A DNA stretch of 64,000 nt from Guillardia theta CCMP2712 (lineage: Eukaryota; Protista; Cryptophyta), in the NCBI RefSeq assembly GCF_000315625.1, contig NW_005434604.1:62001-126000 (forward strand), in the 5' to 3' direction. Made by a program: the position numbers and the translations under genes. Position 1 is the first letter of the stretch. Every line of letters starts with the position of its first letter. Below are positions 56,612 through 64,000 of the stretch, piece by piece. The notes below the pieces were generated by a model, which was given only the letters and a program-made list of their open reading frames with translations, was not told the origin of the DNA and did not search any database.

Positions 56612-58368
56612 TTGCTCTTCATAGAGGCAGTTTTTGCCCAATGTGCATGCATCATTCAAACAACCTTCCAACAGACCAGATCACTGTTGACTCACCAACT
56701 TGCACTTAGTTCTGATCTGTTTATCAGCTTCTTCCTCGTCGTCTTCCCATTTTGGGCCCCATTGCTCCGACTCCGCCACCACCGGCACAAGCCGCCATGA
56801 CGTGGTGAGGAAAAGTATTGTATGCTCGGTCTAAAACTGTAATAAAAATGCATTCTGTACCAGGATCAATCCCCGCACTGTTTGTAAAAGGTTTTACATG
56901 GGTATTTGTAAAAACCTTGACTAATATATTTTTTATATTGATATAGTAGTACAGAATAATATATTTTTACACTTATGGCACAAATCAGTAGTGATGTGGC
57001 GCGGGCCGGCCGGGCGGAAGTTCGCCGGGCCCGGGTACGGTCGGCCGCCGGGATCGGACCCGTGTGAATGGCGGCGGGGCCCGGTCGGGGCTGCAATTGG
57101 ACTGCACAGTTAAGTTTGGGGATTTTTAACTTAACTTTGAGTAAAGAAGAATTTGGGGGACTGCACCTAGTCCAGTTGGAAGAGACTAGACTCTCACTTA
57201 ACCGTTTGAGTAAAGGCCAGCAGCCTGGCCGGGCGCACGGCCGGGAGTGACTGCAGTGCGGCAGCGGCACGTGACGCCGGTCCCGGGTGCCGCGCACACC
57301 TGAGGGTCGGCCCGGGCCGGGCGGGCCCGGGGTCACTGGACTGGCAAACTGATGAAAGCCTGGCAGTGCCGGGCTCGCCGCACTGAGAAACAGATTACTA
57401 ATTTTAACTTAACTTCAAGTGAGTAAAGTTACGAACTGTGAGCCCCGCACCGTCACGGTCTAACTTTGGACAAGGCAAGATTCACTGGCTAAAGACTCCC
57501 GATGGTTCCGAAGTTCCTTGTTGCTGAGAGATGGGTCCTGAATTACTCCGGGAACTTAGCATGCGGAGCTGGAGACTCCTTAGCGAAGATAGACCGTGGG
57601 CTGGTACTAGCAGGCGTGAAAGAGAATGGGCGAGCACCAGAACCTGGATGTGAATCCTGCTGTGGTCGATCTTGCATGATTGAATCAACATCTCTCGTTA
57701 CGGAAAGAAAACGGGGAATTGAAATTGTTCAGCTCCAACATTGGTGTGGATTGATCGATTTCAACAGTTTGCTTGCCTTCTTTGCGAAAATCATTCTTGG
57801 AATCGTTTGAGATTCTGAATCAAAGCTGGAATGTGAACCAATTTGCTACCACACAACATTGCGAAAGACCTTGAGCTCAGATAATCTCAGGACCATCGTT
57901 TATTAAGCACACACTCATCAGATCAGCAGCACCACTGCAACGATCTGGCATCGTCATCCTATACGCGCAAGGGGCGTCCGGTATGAGTCCAGAATACAAC
58001 AAATCGGACGATTACTTGAGTGTGCGATGAGGCTCTTGGCTGAGTTGCTGCACCCAACGATGAAGCAGGATTATTGACAGAAATGAGGTTGTTTTGATAG
58101 TGAACGAAGTTGCACTGAGTCTTCGCATTACATTGAAAAAGCTTCAGCTCAGCTGTTATCACAAATACAATCGATCAGTATTGTCATAACCTTCTGAACG
58201 GCCAGTTGTGCTGACGTGTAGGATGCAATGCTATTATGGAAACGCCTCTGCTGTTCTTGCCCGTAAGGTCTAGATAGCGGCAGCGTAGCTATTCCACATC
58301 TATACTACACTAGTGCAAAATATCATCGCCTTGTAAGAGAGCGGGTTGCTTCATACTTTGCTGGACTT

Positions 58369-58647
58369 TCACATGACGCTGACTCGTTTGAACTTGAAGG
58401 TCTCACTAAAGTGCGGCAGCGCTAGCCTCTGCTTGTCAAAGCTGTCATGGCATGCCAATGGTAAGACGTCAAAGTCGGTTGCAGCCGAGGGCTGAAGTTC
58501 AAGGCAATAGGGGTGGAAGACGTGTGGGATATCATCATGAAGTAGCCACGTGACGGTGCCGATTAAGATTTGGATCGACGCAGAGAGGAAAGAGCCGGTA
58601 AGTATGAACCCGGCGAGCAGTGCCTGCACAAGGGCCTGCCAGAGCAT
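58369..58647 (-). CDS. 92-aa small membrane protein, diverged paralog of the array ORF
   Basis: Shares WLL.DD, D.LP.AC, FD..RL..PHF..TFK.KRV.V and the stop position with the + strand array ORFs, despite obvious DNA divergence. Confidence 0.75.
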   Translation of the reverse strand: MLWQALVQALLAGFILTGSFLSASIQILIGTVTWLLHDDIPHVFHPYCLELQPSAATDFDVLPLACHDSFDKQRLALPHFSETFKFKRVSVM

Positions 58648-58911
58648 GGAGCTGCAGCGAGGCGCTGAATCAATCTCCGGATGTATCTGGGGGAGGGGAT
58701 AAAGACCATTAAGAGTCTCCCGGCATCAAGGAAGGGGTAGACGAGGGCAGGAGGAAACCAACGACGATCCCGGATGCCAGTCAAAACCTATTTTGACCAG
58801 GTAAAAACGCGACGTTTGAAAAAGACAGTCAGATAAACCCTAAAACCCCTCCCAACAACTTCATTGCTATCTGATCAACTTCTGCAGCTTCCAGTCCTTA
58901 CTATCCCTGCC

Positions 58912-59250
58912 ATGTCCTCCTCCTCCCACGACTGGCAAGCCTCTCCCGTCCCTTCTCTCCCTTCTCTCCCCTCCCCCTCCCGCATGCCTGCCCACGCCGC
59001 CCTCCTGCTCCGCCTCTCCCTTGCGCTGGCCGTGGCTTGCCTCGCGAGCCTGGTCAGCGGCCTTGTCTGGCTCCTCCAAGACGACGACTTGGAGTCTCCC
59101 GTCACCCTGGACTCTCGTCTGGCGCTCCCGTCGGCGCCCCGGCTGGATCTCCTGCCGGCGGCATGCCAGGCAGGCGGCTTCGACAGGCGGAGGCTGCTGC
59201 AGCCGCACTTCGGTCAGACCTTCAAGGTCAAGCGCGTCGGCGTCCTCTAG
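58912..59250 (+). CDS. 112-aa single-TM protein, array copy 1
   Basis: MSSSSHDWQ...ALLLRLSLALAVACLASLVSGLVWLLQDD...PHFGQTFKVKRVGVL; AATAAA ~50 nt after the stop; homology to the 58369-58647 paralog. Confidence 0.75.
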   Translation: MSSSSHDWQASPVPSLPSLPSPSRMPAHAALLLRLSLALAVACLASLVSGLVWLLQDDDLESPVTLDSRLALPSAPRLDLLPAACQAGGFDRRRLLQPHFGQTFKVKRVGVL

Positions 59251-59796
59251 ACGACGGGAGAGAGGGGCTGTGTAGAGTAGCGAAGCATGTATGTAGAGTA
59301 AATAAAGAAGCACGACTTTGAGCTGTCTTCTCGTGTGTCCTGGCAGCGTCGGGGGAGGAGGTGGAGTGCTGGCAGGCAGGCTCTAGCCTGTCAGCCACGA
59401 CCAGGGGGAGCAGAGGAAACGTCTGGACCGACGAGCATCGCTCTCCGGAGCCTTGCTCCATGCTGTCTTCTGAGTGGGAATAGCCTTGGAGTCTCAAGAG
59501 CTCCTCATGAGACAGCAGGTGAGGCTGGAGCGACAAAGCTCCCTGCCTCTGCCTCTCTCAGGCGCGTCCCGGTCCCGCCCAAGAGCCAACAGTCTCAGCC
59601 ATGGTCGAGAACGCACGCAAAGGGTGCCGCATGCCTTGAGCGAGGAAACGCAGCGATACGACCGCACGTGTAGCAACATAGGCCATGCGGTCTAGCGCAG
59701 TGCTCTCAGCCTCTCCCAGGCGGTACAGCGTCCTATCAGCAGATACCAGTCTTTCATTCATTACCAACCATCGCCTCCTACATACACCCTCTCGTC

Positions 59797-60102
59797 CTAT
59801 CTTACTACCCTCCTGTCCCTCGTCGCTCTGGATGGCCGCTGGCTCCATGCTGGCTCACAGCTTGGCTCCTCTGCCCCGCCGCTGCTCCCCTCCTTGACCT
59901 CCGTCGCCCCCATTCCCCCCGCTCCTGCCGTCCTTCCCAGCCGCACCCACTCCCCCGTCGCCCCCATCACGGCCTTGCCCGACTCGATGAGGCGGATAGA
60001 TGCCTGCAGGCATGCCAGCTGCTTGACCCGCAAGGGCGCTGGGCTGTCGGGGCAGGGGCGGCGGTCGGCGGGCGGCGAGTCGACGCAAGTATCGCACGGC
60101 AT
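59797..60102 (-). CDS. Possible second gene of the repeat unit, 101 aa (copies at 61494-61799 and 63126-63431)
   Basis: MPCDTCVDSPPADRRPCPDSPAPLRVKQLACLQASIRLIESGKAVM... The ATG follows an acceptor-like pyrimidine tract/ACACAG. Open in all three copies, but the copies are too young for this to prove coding. Confidence 0.35.
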   Translation of the reverse strand: MPCDTCVDSPPADRRPCPDSPAPLRVKQLACLQASIRLIESGKAVMGATGEWVRLGRTAGAGGMGATEVKEGSSGGAEEPSCEPAWSQRPSRATRDRRVVR

Positions 60103-60608
60103 GTCGCTGTGTACAAGGGATGCCAAGAATGAGAGGAGCGGCAGACGCCAAGGAGATGAGACGAAGGGGGGATGTTTACTCCAGGCACGGCTGTCATGAT
60201 CAGGCATGCTTGTCCCATCGAAACATCGCGATTGGCGGTCACTTGTTGACATGCGACTAGGCCAAGCGATCTGTTTTTTTCGAGCTACATCGCAATCCAC
60301 AACGGCGTCCGGACTTCTTTCCTGTCAGCAAGATCTCCGACTGATATCCATCCATTGCGGTCGATCGTCTTCCGGCTTCAGTCCCATCGAATCGTCGCCC
60401 TTCCCAGTCACCCGCCGCCGTGCCAGACCCGGAAGCGCTGCGCTTCGCCAAAAGATCCTATTCGGTCCCCCCCCGCTCCCCCTTACAAGATCGCGCACCT
60501 CCCTTCCCTATCCTCCCCATTGCCCCCCACCTCATCAAACGCGCTTGAGCAAGCCATCACTCGATACCCGACATCTTGCCCTACCCGCGCCTCCTCCCCT
60601 CCACCGAC

Positions 60609-60947
60609 ATGTCCTCCTCCTCCCACGACTGGCAAGCCTCCCCCGTCCGTCCCTTCCCTTCTCTCCCCTCCCCCTCCCGCATACCTGCACACGCCGCCCT
60701 CCTGCTCCGCCTCTCCCTTGCGCTGGCCGTGGCTTGCCTCGCGAGCCTGGTCAGCGGCCTTGTCTGGCTCCTCCAAGACGACGACTTGGAGTCTCCCGTC
60801 ACCCTGGACTCTCGTCTGGCGCTCCCGTCGGGGCCCCGGCTGGATCTCCTGCCGGCGGCATGCCAGGCAGGCGGCTTCGACAGGCGGAGGCTGCTGCAGC
60901 CGCACTTCGGTCAGACCTTCAAGGTCAAGCGCGTCGGCGTCCTCTAG
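60609..60947 (+). CDS. 112-aa single-TM protein, array copy 2
   Basis: Intact near-identical copy. Confidence 0.75.
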   Translation: MSSSSHDWQASPVRPFPSLPSPSRIPAHAALLLRLSLALAVACLASLVSGLVWLLQDDDLESPVTLDSRLALPSGPRLDLLPAACQAGGFDRRRLLQPHFGQTFKVKRVGVL

Positions 60948-62239
60948 ACGACGGGAGAGAGGGGCTGTGTAGAGTAGCGAAGCATGTATGTAGAGTAAAT
61001 AAAGAAGCACGACTTTGAGCTGTCTTCTCGTGTGTCCTGGCAGCGTCGGGGGAGGAGGTGGAGAGCTGGCAGGCAGGCTCTAGCCTGTCAGCCACGACCA
61101 GGGGGAGCAGAGGAAACGTCTGGGCCGACGAGCATCGCTATCCGGAGCCTTGCTCCATGCTGTCTTCTGAGTGGGAATAGCCTTGGAGTCTCAAGAGCTC
61201 CTCATGAGACAGCAGGTGAGGCTGGAGCGACAAAGCTCCCTGCCTTTGCCTCTCTCAGGCGCGTCCCGGTCCCGCCCAAGAGCCAACAGTCACAGCCATG
61301 GTCGAGAACGCACGCAAAGGGTGCCGCATGCCTTGAGCGAGGAAACGCAGCGATACGACCGCACGTGTAGCAACATAGGCCATGCGGTCTAGCGCAGTGC
61401 TCTCAGCCTCTCCCAGGCGGTACAGCGTCCTATCAGCAGATACCAGTCTTTCATTCATTACCAACCATCGCCTCCTACATACACCCTCTCGTCCTATCTT
61501 ACTACCCTCCTGTCCCTCGTCGCTCTGGATGGCCGCTGGCTCCATGCTGGCTCACAGCTTGGCTCCTCTGCCCCGCCGCTGCTCCCCTCCTTGACCTCCG
61601 TCGCCCCCATTCCCCCCGCTCCTGCCGTCCTTCCCAGCCGCACCCACTCCCCCGTCGCCCCCATCACGGCCTTGCCCGACTCGATGAGGCGGATAGATGC
61701 CTGCAGGCATGCCAGCTGCTTGGCCCACAAGGGCGCTGGGCTGTCGGGGCAGGGGCGGCGGTCGGCGGGCGGCGAGTCGACGCAAGTATCGCACGGCATG
61801 TCGCTGTGTACAAGGGATGCCAAGAATGAGAGGAGCGGCAGACGCCAAGGAGATGAGACGAAGGGGGGATGTTTACTCCAGGCACGGCTGTCATGATCAG
61901 GCATGCTTGTCCCATCGAAACATCGCGATTGGCGGTCACTTGTTGACATGCGACTAGGCCAAGCGATCTGTTTTTCGAGCTACCTTGCAATCCTCAACGG
62001 CATCCGGGACTTACTCCCATCGAATCGTCGCCCTTCCCAGTCACCCGCCGCCGTGCCAGACCCGGAAGCGCTGCGCTTCGCCAAAAGATCCTATTCGGCC
62101 CCCCCGTTCTCCCTTACAAGATCGCGCACCTCCCTTCCCTATCCTCCCCATCGCCCCCCACCTCATCAAACGCGCTTGAGCAAGCCATCACTCGATACCC
62201 GACATCTTGCCCTGACCCCGCCTTCTCTCCTCCACCTAC

Positions 62240-62578
62240 ATGTCCTCCTCCTCCCACGACTGGCAAGCCTCTCTCGTCCGTCCCTTCCCTTCTCTTCCCT
62301 CCCCCTCCCGCATGCCTGCCCACGCCGTCCTCCTGCTCCGCCTCTCCCTTGCGCTGGCCGTGGCTTGCCTCGCGAGCCTGGTCAGCGGCCTTGTCTGGCT
62401 CCTCCAAGACGACGACTTGGAGTCTCCCGTCACCCTGGACTCTCGTCTGGCGCTCCCGTCGGGGCCCCGGCTGGATCTCCTGCCGGCGGCATGCCAGGCA
62501 GGCGGCTTCGACAGGCGGAGGCTGCTGCAGCCGCACTTCGGTCAGACCTTCAAGGTCAAGCGCGTCGGCGTCCTCTAG
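62240..62578 (+). CDS. 112-aa single-TM protein, array copy 3
   Basis: Intact near-identical copy. Confidence 0.75.
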   Translation: MSSSSHDWQASLVRPFPSLPSPSRMPAHAVLLLRLSLALAVACLASLVSGLVWLLQDDDLESPVTLDSRLALPSGPRLDLLPAACQAGGFDRRRLLQPHFGQTFKVKRVGVL

Positions 62579-64000
62579 ACGACGGGGAGAGAGGGGCTGT
62601 GTAGAGTAGCGAAGCATGTATGTAGAGTAAATAAAGAAGCACGACTTTGAGCTGTCTTCTCGTGTGTCCTGGCAGCGTCGGGGGAGGAGGTGGAGTGCTG
62701 GCAGGCAGGCTCTAGCCTGTCAGCCACGACCAGGGGGAGCAGAGGAAACGTCTGGACCGACGAGCATCGCTATCCGGAGCCTTGCTCCATGCTGTCTTCT
62801 GAGTGGGAATAGCCTTGGAGTCTCAAGAGCTCCTCATGAGACAGCAGGTGAGGCTGGAGCGACAAAGCTCCCTGCCTCTGCCTCTCTCAGGCGCGTCCCG
62901 GTCCCGCCCAAGAGCCAACAGTCTCAGCCATGGTCGAGAACGCACGCAAAGGGTGCCGCATGCCTTGAGCGAGGAAACGCAGCGATACGACCGCACGTGT
63001 AGCAACATAGGCCATGCGGTCTAGCGCAGTGCTCTCAGCCTCTCCCAGGCGGTACAGCGTCCTATCAGCAGATACCAGTCTTTCATTCATTACCAACCAT
63101 CGCCTCCTACATACACCCTCTCGTCCTATCTTACTACCCTCCTGTCCCTCGTCGCTCTGGATGGCCGCTGGCTCCATGCTGGCTCACAGCTTGGCTCCTC
63201 TGCCCCGCCGCTGCTCCCCTCCTTGACCTCCGTCGCCCCCATTCCCCCCGCTCCTGCCGTCCTTCCCAGCCGCACCCACTCCCCCGTCGCCCCCATCACG
63301 GCCTTGCCCGACTCGATGAGGCGGATAGATGCCTGCAGGCATGCCAGCTGCTTGGCCCGCGAGGGCGCTGGGCTGTCGGGGCAGGGGCGGCGGTCTGCGG
63401 GCGGCGAGTCGACGCAAGTATCGCACGGCATGTCGCTGTGTACAAGGGAAGCCAAGAATGAGAGGAGCGGCAGACGCCAAGGAGATGAGACGAAGGGGGG
63501 ATGTTTACTCCAGGCACGGCTGTCATGATCAGGCATGCTTGTCCCATCGAAACATCGCGATTGGCGGTCACTTGTTGACATGCGACTAGGCCAAGCGATC
63601 TGTTTTTTTCGAGCTACCTTGCAATCCACAACGGCGTCCGGACTTCTTTCCTGTCAGCAAGATCTCCGACTGATATCCATCCATTGCGGTCGATCGTCTT
63701 CCGGCTTCAGTCCCATCGAATCGTCGCGCTTCCCAGTCACCCGCCGCCGTGCCAGACCCGGAAGCGCTGCGCTTCGCCAAAAGATCCTATTCGGTCCCCC
63801 CCCGCTCCCCCTTACAAGATCGCGCACCTCCCTTCCCTATCCTCCCCATTGCCCCCCACCTCATCAAACGCGCTTGAGCAAGCCATCACTCGATACCCGA
63901 CATCTTGCCCTACCCGCGCCTCCTCCCCTCCACCGACATGTCCTCCTCCTCCCACGACTGGCAAGCCTCCCCCGTCCGTCCCTTCCCTTCTCTCCCCTCC

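Larger units (their letters stand above)
58905..64000 (+). repeat. Tandem array of ~1.7-kb units (3 complete plus the start of a 4th), continuing off the window
   Basis: Equivalent ATGs at 58912, 60609, 62240 and 63938 give periods of 1697, 1631 and 1698 bp; units are near-identical. Confidence 0.98.

Noticed and set aside
57482-58162. Short ORFs between UVRAG and the small-protein pair
   Set aside because: No motifs, codon bias or homology to the array ORFs that I can support.
58905-64000. Transposon, LTR element or rDNA/snRNA array
   Set aside because: No transposase or RT ORF, no terminal repeats, and no recognisable structural RNA.

Overview
Eukaryotic nuclear DNA with dense short spliceosomal introns, many microsatellites and two 100-N scaffold gaps. 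Intron style and gene set suggest a cryptophyte alga (Guillardia/Hanusia type); this is inference. Most ORFs in the supplied track are repeat or intron artefacts, so I spliced exons by eye and internal boundaries are approximate. Genes, left to right: a coiled-coil protein (-, runs off the left edge); a 53-aa peptide missing from the ORF track (+); a secreted protein with two Ly6/uPAR-like Cys repeats (-); a membrane protein (-); an Ariadne-like RBR E3 ligase (-); a long ARM-like gene (+); a small coiled-coil gene (+); a leader + WW + beta-helix-like gene (-); a bacterial-type GH29 fucosidase (+); a GAF + cNMP-binding protein (-); pBRP (-) head-to-head with tuberin/TSC2 (+); a SAM + HEAT protein (+); a BTB-Tubby fusion (+); UVRAG (-). 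The right end holds a ~1.7-kb tandem array encoding an unknown small single-TM protein, with a diverged paralog head-to-head. Best novelty candidates: the BTB-Tubby adaptor, the small-protein array, the three-finger-like repeats and the output-less GAF-CNBD sensor.
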